From the NCBI GenBank assembly GCA_013265495.1, contig MU058844.1:11554184-11618183 (forward strand): a stretch of DNA of 64,000 nt, given 5' to 3'. How positions within the stretch are numbered: position 1 is the first letter of the stretch; each line of letters starts with the position of its first letter. The notes below the pieces were generated by a model that was not told the origin of the DNA, searched no databases, and worked only from the letters and a program-made list of their open reading frames with translations. This DNA comes from Vicugna vicugna (Eukaryota). Positions 11,834 to 26,039 of this stretch are shown here, in pieces. A program made the translations under genes and the position numbers.

Positions 11834-12327
11834 CTTGCAGAAACATGAAAGAGTGTGGAATTACAAATCAAGGGAATGAAGGCTGATCAGTATTTTAAAA
11901 TATTACCTGCATAAACATTTTTTTAAAACAAAAAAGATATTTCTTTCATTATTTATAGAAGGCATTCTAGTAAAATCCTCTGCTAGTTATATTTTGGATT
12001 TCTTCAAGAGTTGTACTTTTCTTTCATGGCATTAAAAGGAATCCTTTATTTCGTTGTTTTTAAACATTCTGTAGTGATAGCATCTTCCCCTCAGTTTTCC
12101 AGCAACTACTTAACATCATAAATTATATTTCTAGCAAACTTAAGGCATAGTTCTGTTAAAGTACTTTTCTATATTTCTACTACATTCTTTTGGTAAATAT
12201 ATATATATATAGTTGATTTCCTATATGGTGACATTTCACATGATAAGCCCTGATGATGCAAGGGGTGGAGGGGCCTTCAAGGTCTCTTCTTTCTCTTTTA
12301 CCAATTCCATTTTTCCTACTCTTCCTC

Positions 12328-12546
12328 CATTAGCATTATCGCCATCACCACCACCATCACCACGACCATCACCACCACCACCATCACCACCATCACCACC
12401 ACCACCATCACTATCATCACCACCATCATCATCACTATCACCACCACCACCATCACTGTCATCACCACCATCACCACCACCATCACCACCACCATCACTA
12501 TGCAGTCCACCACCATCACTATCACCACCACCACCACCACCACCAT
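12328..12546. repeat. Imperfect (CAC/CAT)n trinucleotide repeat, ~220 bp
   Basis: Directly visible. It accounts for the poly-Pro/Ser, poly-Val/Met and poly-Thr ORF artefacts. Confidence 0.95.
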
Positions 12547-12589
12547 CTTTTTCTTCTTCATCTCAACCTCCACAATAAACCCCTGTCCT

Positions 12590-12795
12590 GAGCCATTTAT
12601 TTACAGATGTTACTCTAGTTTTCTTTACATTGACTCTATCAATTTAGTCAGTATTAATTATCCAACTTTTACAGATGAGAAAATTTAGGCTCCCTTAAAG
12701 GTGAAGTAGTTTCCCTAATATCCAAATAGTAAGCATTAGAGCGGGGGTTCAAACCCAAGTTTAGTTAGTTTCAACTCCAAAAGGCATGCTTTTCA
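12590..12795 (-). mobile_element. MIR SINE
   Basis: Antisense MIR core: ccaacttttacagatgagaaaatttaggctc...gtagtttccc...gggttcaaacccaag. Confidence 0.7.
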
Positions 12796-12959
12796 GCTTC
12801 ATGCTCCCCAAATCCTGGTGATGAATGCAGCATTTGAGGTGTCAGTCACTTGAATGAGACCTTCTGAAAACAGCTGTGTATCTCTAAAGCCCAAAAGGAA
12901 AAAGCCTGACTCACTGTGCAGTAATAAGCTTCGAAATTAGATGAATGATAACAGCTTAC

Positions 12960-13081
12960 CCAGTTTTTCTTTTTCTTCTTCTTGGAGTCAGCATCATTAC
13001 CACTGCCAATGCTGGAATGGCTTGTGGCACTGTTGATGCTAGAAACACTTTCAGAGGAATGCTGTCTTCTGATGCGGAGAT
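12960..13081 (-). CDS. NAV3: NAV3 coding exon (122 nt): (D)LRIRRQHSSESVSSINSATSHSSIGSGNDADSKKKKKKNW
   Basis: Acceptor gttgctag|AT and donor TGG|gtaagc. Lies within ORF 12846..13136(-). Confidence 0.96.
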
Positions 13082-15369
13082 CTAGCAACAGATAAAGAGC
13101 AGCACATTTACTCGTAAACACTTTCAGTCTGAACAAACAAGCCTTTTAGCCTTTCTGAGAGGAAGTCCTCTAATAAAAGTCAACACGACTTTGTATGGAT
13201 CATTTCACTGCAGCTTGGTTTTATAAGCTTAATAAAGTACAACCATATTTGCTTTAATTAACCGGGTTATCTGTATTAAGATTCAATGGGAATCTCAAAT
13301 AAGTCTGTAGCACTGGTCTTTTAATGAATTCTGAGTTTTGTTCCAAAATGAAATGTTATGCTAGTGATTTTTGCTGAATACCTGAATCAAACAGCGCTTC
13401 CAAAATGATTTATTCCAAAGGATGTGTTCTGGGGAGTAAATGGAAACTCATAATGGCATGGGAATTAAATTGTGTCTTTTTAATATTTGTCCTTTGAATA
13501 AAGTCACCGAAACCAAATATATTAACTTTCCATTTCACAGAATCATACCATGTTAGAGCCAAAACAAACCTTGCAAGTCATCTAAGCAGCTCATCTCACA
13601 GATGGGGCAACTGAAATGCAAAGAAGTAACTTGACCAAGGTCAGGGAGCCAATGAGGCGAAGAGCCTCAAGAGAGAATCTGGGTAGAGTCTGCATTTGTG
13701 AATTAAACAGAAATCGTATTTAAGACAGTACAGTTCTTCCATCATACCACTAATCCTGGCCCATGACTTGAAATAATAATAATAGTAACTAACAATAATA
13801 ACAACAGGTAATAACAAAGCTAGCATTTACTGTGTGCTTACTCTGCTCCGGGAGTATCTAATTTTATTCTTAAAGCACTTAAATTTTAATTTTATTCTTA
13901 TTACACTTAAATCAGTGTAATTACTAAATATAATTTCCCCACAGTCACACAGCTGAGAAACACGGGAACCAACTTGAGACTTAGACACATCCTCCTGTCC
14001 ATTGCGCTAACTGCCAGGTAATATGGCCTTTCTCTACTCCTAAAAAGCATGCACTGCTTCTCTAGTTAATAAGATGCTTTGAACAGGATACCATTTGACA
14101 GAAATCACTTTGTGAAGATATTCACTCACTTCATATAATCAGCTTATAAGATTTATTTAGTTATTAAAATTAAAATTGAAATTATTTCTACTTACAGTGA
14201 ACTGATCTTAAGTGTTAGTGGAGACACTAACAATTTATAAAATTATTTATAAGGTCAAATATGCTTTTAGACCATTTCTATTACTATATTTAATTGGCAT
14301 CAATGTAGATTAGCCCAATAAAAGATCACAGTGGAACTTATAAGATGTCAGAAATTACTATATAGCTTTCAAAAAGCCTCCATTAAAAATAATGGTATAT
14401 AATCAAAGGTTTCCAGTTGACTAATTTAACTGTAGAATGACTGATGGCAATGGAACACTAACTGGTGGCTTTCAAAACATACAATAAAAAAAGCGTATGC
14501 ATGGGTGTGTAATATACACACATATATCTCCATCCTTAAACTCATATACGTACGTGTCAATAAGTCCTTTATTTTTTTCTATTAAAAGAATAACCATGCT
14601 GAAGAATGTTAATGAGGGGAAAAAAACCAGAGCTGTTTTTAAGAATCTCTAGAGTTTAGTCTAAAAGTAGTAGTATTTTTTTAATGATGACAAAACAACA
14701 TTTACTGTTTTTGCCTGCCAGAAACATTACTAGTGTCAAAACCTAAATCAAGGTGTTTTTGTGTGCTGTTTTGATTCAGTAGTAAGGAGGATGGTGCCCC
14801 TAAACAACTAACAGGAAAATGATACGAATAAGTAACAAAAGGATATGTGTAGGTATTTATTGTGTTTTAAATTTCTGCTACAGTTGGCTATAAGCTTTTC
14901 TGAACAAGATTAGTATTTGCTAGTTTTCCCTTAATAATTGAATTTTACAAATAGAGTAGATGTAGTAAGTGTTAAAGTATTTCAGAGTTTTTTTTTTTCA
15001 CTATACTCAGAACTAGTAACTTATGTTTGACTTTGATTAATCCCAGATTTTAAAAAGATAGGTGAAGTCATCATCATAGGTCAAGAGCAGTTCTTGGAGG
15101 TATTAATTCAGTTAAACTATGACTGCTTTCCAATAACGATTGGCAAGGGCATAATTTCAATCATATCATCGAATGAAGGGAATGCATTTTACTTTTCTCT
15201 AACAATTCTTTTCTAGTTTTTGTAAGTATTTGGTTAAGTACATGCAGCATCACAGAGCTCAGGAAAGAATGGTTGACCAAATGAATATCAACAATCTGAA
15301 TGAATGGAGAAGCATATTTAAATATATATCTATATTTCAGTTATATGTTTATTCATTTATTCATTTTTC

Positions 15370-16060
15370 ACTTCCCACTCTTTGCACCACCACTGCTCCA
15401 ATTCAAGCTGCCACCATCACCTACCTGCTCTAAGAAGGAACAGCTGTTCAATGCGCCTTCAAACCACTCTACAAAAAGTAGCTAGAGAAATCTTTTTAAA
15501 GAAAAAAATCTCAGCATCACCTCCTTCCTTAAGACCTTTCAACAGATTCCCATTTCAATATGAATAGAAAACTTTGCAACTCTTAAATATGGCCCGAGAA
15601 CCCCTCAGTAATCTGGTCTTCTCTCTCCAACCTGGTTCTGCCTATTTCCTTTGGTCATTATCTTCCTTGTGTCAGTTCCATAAGGGCACTAATCTCCTTT
15701 CTGTTTCAAGACCCTCCTGGAATGCTCTTCTCTCAGTATTTGCAATATGGCTGGATAATTATTTCTTGGATCTCCTCTTACACATTGCTATCTGTAACGG
15801 CCTTTCTTGACTATGCAACTGGAATAGGTTCCCTGGTATCTCTGTCCTCTATGACACCTACTCTTATTCATTTTAGAACTTATAACTGCACTGATATGCA
15901 GATTCAGCTACACCACCAATCACAACAATTGTTTATTTCTGCTCTCCCTTAACAGTAAAGGTTTAATGGAGCCAAAGACTATGTCTAGTTCCTTTACCAT
16001 GATGTAGTCAGGGAATTGTACATGTGGTAGATAATCAATAAGTCCTTATTGAATATATTA
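15370..16060 (+). mobile_element. L2 LINE 3' region
   Basis: Pyrimidine-rich L2-like text (ccctcctggaatgctcttc) ending in an L2-type tail ...gtagataatcaataagtccttattgaat. Boundaries approximate. Confidence 0.6.
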
Positions 16061-16999
16061 TTATTATTCCTTCAATGCAATAGTGAGTTTTACTATTACA
16101 GAAACACAATCTGAATATCCAATATATATCCCAGCCTTTAAAACTATTTGTTTTTGTTAGTTTTAAATCTTGTAAAATTATTTTTTAAATCTTTCTTGAC
16201 CAATTTGAATATTACGTGTTACCATTTTGTTCATTTGAGGCACCCTTCCCACATTTCCATGCACAGGAATTCCTATTTTTCAATCCCAGTAGCTGTATTA
16301 AGCCACCTGTTGCCAGAGATAAAAGGAATCTTTCCAGAAAGTTTTACTTCAGTGACTTGTACTGGGGTAAAGAAAGGATTAAGCCTTTTTAAATCCCTTC
16401 TGGACCTATTTACGACATGAAGATTTAGAACATAAGCTGCTTTATTATAGCTCTGAGATAAGCTTTAAATATGCGGTAATTTTCCATGCTGCATATAAAT
16501 TAACTCCCCCACATGGAAAGTTGCTAAATTCTTAACAGAAGTAGCCCCTAGAGAACTAGTTTGTCCTTCGATTTCAGTATATCTCACTTTATGTAATTTT
16601 TTCCCTAAAATTTAAATTCAAGTTAAAAAATTTTTTTCCCTATAAAATTTGAATAAGCCCTTTTATGTGCAATGGCCACTAGGATTTAAAAAACAAACCA
16701 AATTACCACCAACCAGGAAAGGTGGCCTTTAAATAAATTAAGGCACTTTTCATAAAAGTATAATGCAAATTTTGATGGGGGAGTATAGTTATTTCCAGAA
16801 ACATATCACAAGAGGACCTCACTTTGTTTTAAGAGTCAAGGAAGCATATTTAGGCTAACTCTTGCAAGATCTTAAAAAGTGTTTATGCTGAACAAACAGG
16901 GTAGATAGTTCCAAGGAGAATAAAGATTCTAAAGAATTGGAAGACATTCTGGCACGTAATTGCTAATTGATAAATACTTGTTGAATGAATGAGGATGGA

Positions 17000-17980
17000 G
17001 AAGAGAGATTATGTCATGTTAAGGAGTTAGTATTTCATTTAAAGGAAAGGGGAAACCTGTCAGACACATGCTGTTAGACACCTGCTCTGGTCTTAGTGTG
17101 AAGAATGGTACAAAGAGGTGAAAGATGAAGAGCAGGAATGTTATTTACGAGTCTGTGGCCACAGTTCATGGGAGAGATGAGGGATAGTGATAGCAGGATC
17201 AGAGAAAAGGGAACGAGAGCTATTTCAGGGGTAGAATCAACAGAACTTGGTGATTTATTGGGTGAGGAGCAGAGGATTTCTGGCAATATGGAAGAATGGT
17301 GATGCCATTTACTAAGGCAGAGCAGGTCTGAGAAGGAAGATGATGAGTTCAAATTTGGAGATGTTGAGTTTCAGGTGACAAACAGACATCCAAAGATAAC
17401 TGGGTGGAGGTCCCTCTTCAGCAGCTGGATAGACAGATCTTTAACTCAAGAGATGAGCCTGGTCTGCAGAGATATATTTTACAGTTATCAACAAATAAGT
17501 AATAATTATAGCTAGAGTACAGATTTTTAGATAGGGTGAAGAGAATCATAATGCATAAACTCATAATGGAAGAGAGCTTACGACCAGGTTCTAAGAAATA
17601 TCAACATTTAACAAGTGCATACATATGACTGAACCTACAAGAGGAACTTTGAAAGAGATTTCAAAGGAGCAGAAGAGAAACTAAGAAAGTGGATGTCATG
17701 AGCATGAAAAGAAGTGAAAGTTTCAAGTAGGATGGAATGGACATCAGTATTAAATGCTATCTCCATGACACATACAATAAGAGTTTTAAATGGTTAACTG
17801 CATTTAGGGTCCTATAAGTCAATACTGATGCGGGAGAGAACAGTTTTGGTGGCGTGGTGGGAAGAGGAACCACACCCTATCGGTCTGAAGTGTGACTGGC
17901 TGTTGAAGACACTGAAAGAGTCGATAAAGCTTTCCCAAAATTCAGCTGGAAATGAGAAGAGAGAAGGTAGAGCATTCAAG
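17000..17980 (-). mobile_element. L2 LINE fragment
   Basis: Antisense L2-like motifs gtagaatcaacagaacttggtgatt, gatgccatttactaag and gatgatgagttcaaatttggagatgttgagttt. Confidence 0.7.
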
Positions 17981-18670
17981 ATTTAGGAGAGCATTTTTCA
18001 GCAGGGAAAGAGTTGAGCTACCAAAAAGAGTTAGAGCAAGAATAAGTAGAACCAATGTAAAGAGAAAAATGACATGACATTATCACAGAGTATTTCTTCA
18101 GTAGCAAACTAAGGTGTGGGGTGGTGGCAGAGAAGATTATTTTATCATTGTTTAGAATCACTGAAGCCTAGTCATAACAAAAAAAAAACACGCCAACTTT
18201 TAGTCCGCTGTCTTCCTGTTTTTAAGTCCCCTGCAAGAAATCTGTCTTTTTACTGTCCCCACCCAGGACGAGTTGCTCCCAATACCCATTACATTACCAT
18301 ATGGATTATTTTATTTTTGTATCTAGGTCTAGATTTTCATAGTCCTTGCTGGGTTTGTTTTGTTTCAAGTCAGATATGAATGTATTAACCGACCTCCCCA
18401 TACCCACCTTCACCAAATCAAATGCAGAGAAACATTGTACAATCACAGAAGCAAATTCCTTCAGATCAGTTTAAAAATTATTTGATACTGAAAGCTACTA
18501 CTGAAAGCTATCGTTCTTAAATTCTAGGATTCTGACTGCATCAACACCAACTTACTTGGTACTTACTCATAAAAGGCAGTGCCACTGAGTAAAAGCAGCT
18601 TTGCTCTAATTAATAAATACAACAGATGTTCATAATACTGGATGAGAAATGGCAATATTTCTAAATGTAC

Positions 18671-18782
18671 CTTTGGGAGGGTGGTCTGGACCGTTCAGTG
18701 CCCCTTGAATGGCCGCCTGGGCAGCTGAGTTCTGGGCCTTGAGCATTTCAATGGTTTCCCTTAGTTCTATCAGTTCAGATTC
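18671..18782 (-). CDS. NAV3: NAV3 coding exon (112 nt): ESELIELRETIEMLKAQNSAAQAAIQGALNGPDHPPK(D)
   Basis: Acceptor gtttcacag|GAA and donor AAG|gtacat. Phase 0 to 1. Confidence 0.95.
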
Positions 18783-21700
18783 CTGTGAAACAAACACAAT
18801 TTAGAAGCTTTAATACCTAGAGAGAAAAGCACAATGTTCTTACTCCTAGTTCACCGTCAGATGAGTTTGATTTTATGGAGTGCTCACATCCCTGGGAGAT
18901 TTGGATGCTTGGCTGACCTTTTAAGTTGTATCTTACAACTTCTTACTTGTAAATGTAAGAAGCTAAATGTAATGGAGAATTTTAAAAAGATGTCTTGGTT
19001 AGTCTGTTATAAACATGATCTGAATTGCTTTTATTCCTTTAAAAGGGTAGTACCCAAGGCTGACCAGTACAACCTAAAGCAAGATACCACACTGCTCACT
19101 TTATATACCAAACTTACGAATACTATCTAGAGGTTATACTACACAGTTAAATGCCAGCACTGTGCTGGTACATCCTATTGCATTTATTGTTCACTGGAAA
19201 CCCTCAGTTTTTGTCAGATGAGTGATTTCAGATTTTATCTCATTTATTTTCCACTTGGGGAATAGGTTCTTTGTATTCAAATATAAAACCAACCTGGAAC
19301 TCATTTCTAACTCACTCCTATTAAATGTCACATTATTAAATTCTGCTGGCACATCAAGGTCATCAATCTCAAGTTCTAGTACTTATTTTTTTTTCCAGGA
19401 AAATACCCTTTATTAAGACCCAGTTTCACCAAGTCAGAGAATACAGGCATTTTTTTCAAGTGAATAGAAATGTATGTAATATGTAGTCTTTAAGACTAGT
19501 TAAATTATTTTTGAAAGTTCACAAATCAAATTTTTATAAAAACATCTTTTTTCTTATTGAATTTAGGGTAATTTTAAGATGTGTCTCAGTGAAAAATTCT
19601 TGTATAAATCTGATCTTCCAGAGTAATTTAAGTGAGTATTTTTACCAGAAGTAGAGAACTCACTATGAGGGAGATAAAATAACAACAGAAAGGAACTGGA
19701 GTGCTGTTTCAGCAGAAGCAATATTTCCAAGATCAAAAACAAGGAGTGTCCTTCTCGGCAGTGATAGCAATCCTACAAGTTAGAATCCTTGTCAGCCTCT
19801 TAGGGGAGAATTCCCCAGTAATGTAACTTGTCACTCATCATTTTCTCCACCATCTTTGGCAGAAAGCTGAAGAACCAAGCTTGGGTTCTTCATTCCATGG
19901 TAAGTAGTTGATGCCTGCGCCATGTCTCCCAGAATAAAGGGAAAAAGGCAGGGTTATGACAACTCTCTGAGCGAGCCACTTCATACATGGGAATGTCCAA
20001 TGACTATTCTAACCTTAGACACTTTTTTTTTTCTAAAAAAACAGAGAGATGGTGCTAATTGAAATGATATCCAAGTTTGGAATAGGTACCCGGCATCTCA
20101 TTTATCTATTTTTGTTGGGTATCTGACATATTCCTGGTAGAGGACAGTTAACTATTAAAAAAAAAAACCCTCTTATAGACTTTTGATAGCTCATAAGTCA
20201 AAGAATCTCATAATGGAAAATCAAGTGTGACCTCCTGTTTTCATACATTGATCTTCAAATGCTTGACTGCAATTTCATTTGCATCTATTTATCATGAAGG
20301 AAAAAAAGTACATGGTGTTGGAAAACTGTCAATATCATGACATAAAATTCTGGCACAATTCCTCATAATTTCTCAGTTTCTGCAAGTTCTAGCTATAGTC
20401 TATCCCTTGCTCAACCAGTAACAGGTAAGTTTACCAAAAATTAATATACTTTCTATTTAAAATAAATCTCCCCAGTGATAAAATTCATTCTGCTTTTACC
20501 AGAAATTTACTCACAAAAGGATACCTATAGTGCATACTTAATGAATCATATAATTTAAGTAGTAATTTCACAATATATAGACTAGGATGAAAGCTAAAGT
20601 TTAAAGTCTGATTTTTCACCCTTGAATTTAAAATCAATAGATCTTGTACTATAGATGAAAAATCTGCTAAAAAATTTGATTTTAGGTTTAAAGAGGAAAA
20701 ATGAAAATAAAATCTCATGCAAATGGCTAAAAATTTAGTTTAATTTTACGGGTTAGCTGACTTATGTCATGTCAAAACTTTATTCTTTTTTGCAGAAATC
20801 TTTTCTAGAAACTGTTTTAAAAAACTAGAAGTGAAATGTTCAGGTAATATTGATTTTTTTCTGAAAATTGTATTTAACATGAAACAGAAGGTGATCACTT
20901 TCTAAAATTAAGCATCATTTTAAAAACAACAGATACTACCAGGGTGGTTGTTACTCTGTGTGGCACAGTGAACCCAAAGGAAGAAAAACTAGGTAAGAAA
21001 TATATTCATTATACAATGTGGGAAAAATCACATCTATGACAAATTAGTCTACTCAGATTCATATTAGTATTTCTTTAGGAGGTTTTTGTAAGTATAAAAT
21101 CTTATATCTTAATCTTTTGCAAGCACCTATGAAATATTCTACAGTCTTTAAAAAGATAGTTAAACTTTCCGTTGATGATCTGTTTAAACTTGAACTAGTT
21201 ATCTCTTCATATCTGCAAAATTCTCTTCCTTTTTTCTTACTTCAGTTAATAAGATCTATCCTCACCATCACTCAAACTAGAACCATGTCTTTCTCTGTCT
21301 TTTAATATGATGTCCCCCTTGGCTTTGAATGTCCTGCCTCACCCTTAAGGGCCATGGTGAAATGTCTCTATACATGTGACACCTCTGAGTTTTCCTTTCA
21401 GGGAAAATGAAAAGGTCCCTCCTTGGTGTTCCCAGACCATCCAATACATTCACCTTATTCAGTTGTTGAAGAGTTTATCTTTTCACTTGATTTATGATTT
21501 CAGTAAATGTTGGGATGATTGTGTCCAAATCTTCTGGCCTATGATAAACAAGTGTTTTTCCCCTTCCAAGAATAATGTAAAACTTCAACTCTACTACATA
21601 TTTTAACAAGAGGGGGTCTGATTACTTAGAGTGTTATATACTAAAATTGTCAATAACTTTATTATGCATTATAAACCCAAAGTCTCAGTATGGCTAAATC

Positions 21701-24700
21701 AGTGGAATCATTTCCTTTGCATGGCAACAAAGTGGGTTTTCCTTTCTCTCTTTTCCAACAGTGTATAGACATGAATATAAAGCCTTTTAAAATGAAAACT
21801 TGACTGAGACCATAGAACTTTTTCATATTTTATTTCTAGTCTTTTTCCCCCTTCATAATTATAGTTGGTTGTTCACATTTATTTTATTTTTTAAGCTATG
21901 TATTTTCTAAGATGCCTATAATACATGAAAATTGCAATGCTGCCTCCAAGTACAGCTGCAGATTCCCTTTTTTTGGCTATAGTGGAGAGTGTGAATCAGA
22001 AAAACAATGAAAGTGAGTTCCAGAGACAGCCAATTATAAAATGGTTTGATAATCTGAAATATTTTCACATAGCCTTTTTATTTTAAAGATGATCTAAGAT
22101 ACTTAAGTTTTGAGAATCCCTATGACACCTGCAGAAAGAATCTGAAACATGTACATGCCATCAAGAATTTGCAGTCTATTCCTTTAATTCAGTAGTTTTC
22201 AGTTTCCTATTCTCATTAGGTACCAAAGAGAAGACTGAGGCTGGAATAATTCTGAAAAGGGTCTTGGGAATAAGTCGATCAGGTAATATTTTGTTGATAT
22301 TTCTCATTTTTCAAAAATGATACATTAAAACTTGGGAAATGAACTAAAATTTCATTTGCCTAGAATGAGCCCTTCAAGGTAATGATGCCCAAACACAGGC
22401 TGGCCATGGAAATGTCCAGGGTTCTGTAACAGTGTCTTGCCTAAAAGAAGCTGGATGGAGTCAAGATCTCTTCTAACTCTTTTGTACAAGTCTCTGAGGC
22501 TAAACAAGTGATCAAGGTCAGGCTTGAAATGCTTCAAAATAAAATGATCAAATATTGTGTCCTAATACTAGCATTGCTTGGTGTTTTTTCCAACCTAATA
22601 TCCTATCTACATCTGACCTCTTTTCCAGTTTCTCCTGGACACAGGTCTTGTTGAGAATCCCACAGTTTGGCACCAAATCTCATCAACTAACTTAATTTTC
22701 CAGGCAAGGTTCTTAAAATGTTTCCACTGAACCTGTCTTTTGCTTCCCCACATTGACACAGTTACTCTCTCATTATCTAGCTGTAGTTTCCTTGAACACA
22801 TCCTTCTTCCTATCCCTCTGCATGTATCTCAAAATCTTGTAAGTTTTTCTACTGAAAGGACCTGGCCAGCTCTAGTTCTAACCAAATACACTGAATTTAT
22901 CAAATCCCCAGAGCATAAGTAACTTAAGTCTGTAACTTAACGGGTTCAAATTATCCCATGCCCTAAAAGGCTAATGAATGCATTTTCTGAGTCTAGTGAT
23001 CAATTTTTAAAAACACTTCTAGATGATAAATATTTTAACCTGAACCAGGAAGAGTGAATTTAAAGACCCAATTCAACTAAATGTTTAGCTTCTACGTGAT
23101 CTATTTCCGGAGAGTTGGCTTTGAAACTTCTCAGCCTTAATGTTTAAGTTTCTATTCATCTAGGCATCCAAAAAAGTAGTTTCACAGAGGTAAGAATGAA
23201 CAAACCCTTGGACTTTATAGTAAGCATCAGGGTCAATATCTGAGCTCCACCACTCAGACAAAAAAGATACTCTCTGCTCTGATCTTCTAACAAGACTAAC
23301 CTAGCATTCCTTCATATACGTTCTAATTGCCTTTAGTAGGACAACTATGAGGAATTGATTTGAAAGTCAGTGACGACAGCTTTAATTACTTTGCAAGGAT
23401 TTAGCAGTAGTTCTATAAAAATTTCGTTTATAAAGATACAGATTTTTAGAATTCTTGCCATTTTGATGACCTTTATTGCAGCCTTTCTCATCTGGCAATC
23501 TATAAGAAAATAAAACCTTGAACAATGATCTGAGTGACAATTTTTTTTTCAATTCTGACAAAGATGGTACATAGCCAGTACTACTCAAGATGTAGTGAAA
23601 AAAGAAATTATTTCCTTACATAGAATTGATGCTTCAGGGCATTAGGTCTTAAGAATCTTGGTGGAGAAGAGCTAGTAAAGGGACAAGGACATGAAATCCA
23701 GGTAGAATTCTTGATCAAACTATGACACTAAGACACTCTGTTGAGCCTTAGGCAGAGGGCAATACCTGGGAATAATGTCACCCTCCGGGCAGCATTACTG
23801 ACAACTATCTTAATTACTCCTACTTATAGACTTACAATTATATAACATGTGGTCTTTTGGCAGGTATTGGGAATGCTGTTAAACGATGGGGAAATACTGC
23901 TAGATTGATCTTCATTAACTAATTTTTATCATGCTAGTCGAGTATCAAAAACCTTTGAATGGCTCCTTGTTTCCAAAGACCAGATTCTTTAGACATCTTT
24001 CAAGCCTTAGTTCCACATTTCCTTCCACATTCCTTCTTTTTCCCCATCGTCTCCCATCATTTCCTGCCTTGCTGCTCACGCTCATGGTGTTTCTTCCTCT
24101 ACAACATATACGACTCCATTTCCCCCGAATTAATGTCCTCCATCCTCCCAGAGCCCGGGGAGGCTCCTCTGTGCCACCTCTCTAAAACGAGTATGAAGAT
24201 GCGGTGGTTCTCTGTGAGAACACTCAGGATACTGTTCTGTTATATTTCTAATTGTAGCCCAAATGTTCTTTCGGCCTCCTTAGTTATTCATATGCGTTTC
24301 TTCTTCTTTTTTTTTTTTTTAACCTGGCTACAAGTATATAAAAGCAGTGTTTTGGCTCATACATTTAGCAAGAAAATCAGCATGACTTGGCATCTAGAAA
24401 TGAGAAAAAAAATTAGAACGCTATTTAAGGGAGTGATTTTGGTCCACAAATCATACAAAAGCTTTGATACAGTTTTCAGGCTATTAATGCCATAGGACTG
24501 TTGAAAAATCACACGTTGAAGCAGGAGACTTGGATTTGAGTCCGAGTTCAGTTTATCTATTTCTCAAGTCGGTAACCAAGCCCATGTAACCACCTTCGCT
24601 TTTGGTTCTTCACGTGTTAGCGACCTAACTTGCTTCCTAACGTCCTCATTCTCAGCTTTAAGTTCTTCAGTGGCGCTTATCTTCACCTGAAATCCTATAT

Positions 24701-24788
24701 GTTTTAATTGTATTTTTACCAGAGTCTGTCACTCATCAGAATATAAACTCTATTTTATATTATAACTAGTTATAAAGTAGGATGTGTG

Positions 24789-24791
<3 letters not shown>

Positions 24792-24822
<31 letters not shown>
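24792..24822. repeat. (TG)n microsatellite
   Basis: About 15 TG units, directly visible. Confidence 0.95.
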
Positions 24823-24824
<2 letters not shown>

Positions 24825-26039
24825 TTCACTGCTGAATTCTCAGGAGCTACAACAGTACCTTATTCACAAAAGACAGTCAATGTAGCTCTGGCGACTGACT
24901 AAATGGAGCAATGAACCTTGGAATTCCAGAACAGTTTCAAAATCTCTGCTCTAAATTCTCTTTCTTCCCAGGATTGTTGGATCACCAGAGAGCAATATGC
25001 CCTTTTATCTCAGCTCCCTGAAGAAATGACTTTACTGAAATATGATTAAATGTTATGCCCTCAGCTTTTAGAGAAATGTCTATTTGAACAGTGATTTTGT
25101 CTTTTTTTTTCATTCTATGACCTCAATTTAAGAAACTCTACAATAAATTTATCCTTGAATTCAGTGCCCGTAACTTTGTCTTTTCAATCTAAGTTACGCT
25201 CTTCTGTTCAGAAAATGAGAGCTAAATATACTAAGCAATCTCTGTTTGTGTCTCAACTTCCTAGACATGAATTCTGGTCAGTGCTCTGAGGCAGTAATTA
25301 CCCAGGCTCAAGCATCTGGTTCTAGATACTGGTTTTCACTAGACTCTGTCATTGAATTGTGCCATGTAACTCAATAAACTATATAATATTCTCAAAACCA
25401 CTTTGGAAAGAGGCACGTTATAAATCTCAGATAATAAAATAAACTACACATTGTTAAATAGCTGATAAAATAAACATTGTTAATAAAATATGTTAAAACA
25501 ATGTTAATAAAATATAATGCTAATGTCATTGTTATAAAAATCAATGTTAATAAAACAGAATAAACATGGTTGTGTGTGTTTATAGCTTTCAATCAAAAGA
25601 GCAATCATTCTGTTTTCAGTAGTAAATGGCAAAGGGCAATTGCAGACATCATGAGACCTGAAAAAACTTTATAATCTCGGCCATACTACTTCAAGGATAA
25701 TGTGCAAATAATAAGACAATTCTTTCTATTAAGGAGGTGTATTTAACATATTCAGCGATTACGCGTAGGTATTATACATTAACAAGTGTATATTTCCAAT
25801 TTCCATGAGAAATTTTGCCTACAAATATAAAAGAGTTGAAGGAAATAGGGAGGGGCGATACATATTAATTTTGACATCTTAAAGAAATGGAGACTTCAAT
25901 GCTACCTGTGATTACAGTAATATGCAGCATGTGGCCAATGATGAATTTGGTTCAGGTCACATTTTTTAAGCGACAAAAGGAGGGAAATGTAAAGAAGGCA
26001 ATATTTGTTGATTATCCACTACATGTGACATAGGACAGT

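Noticed and set aside
12213..12688. Pro/Ser-rich, Val/Met-rich and Thr-rich ORFs
   Set aside because: They are translations of the (CAC/CAT)n repeat, with no splice or homology support.
23931..24495. 178-aa and 84-aa plus-strand ORFs
   Set aside because: The sequence is low-complexity, includes a T run, and shows no recognisable domain or splice structure. Probably chance.
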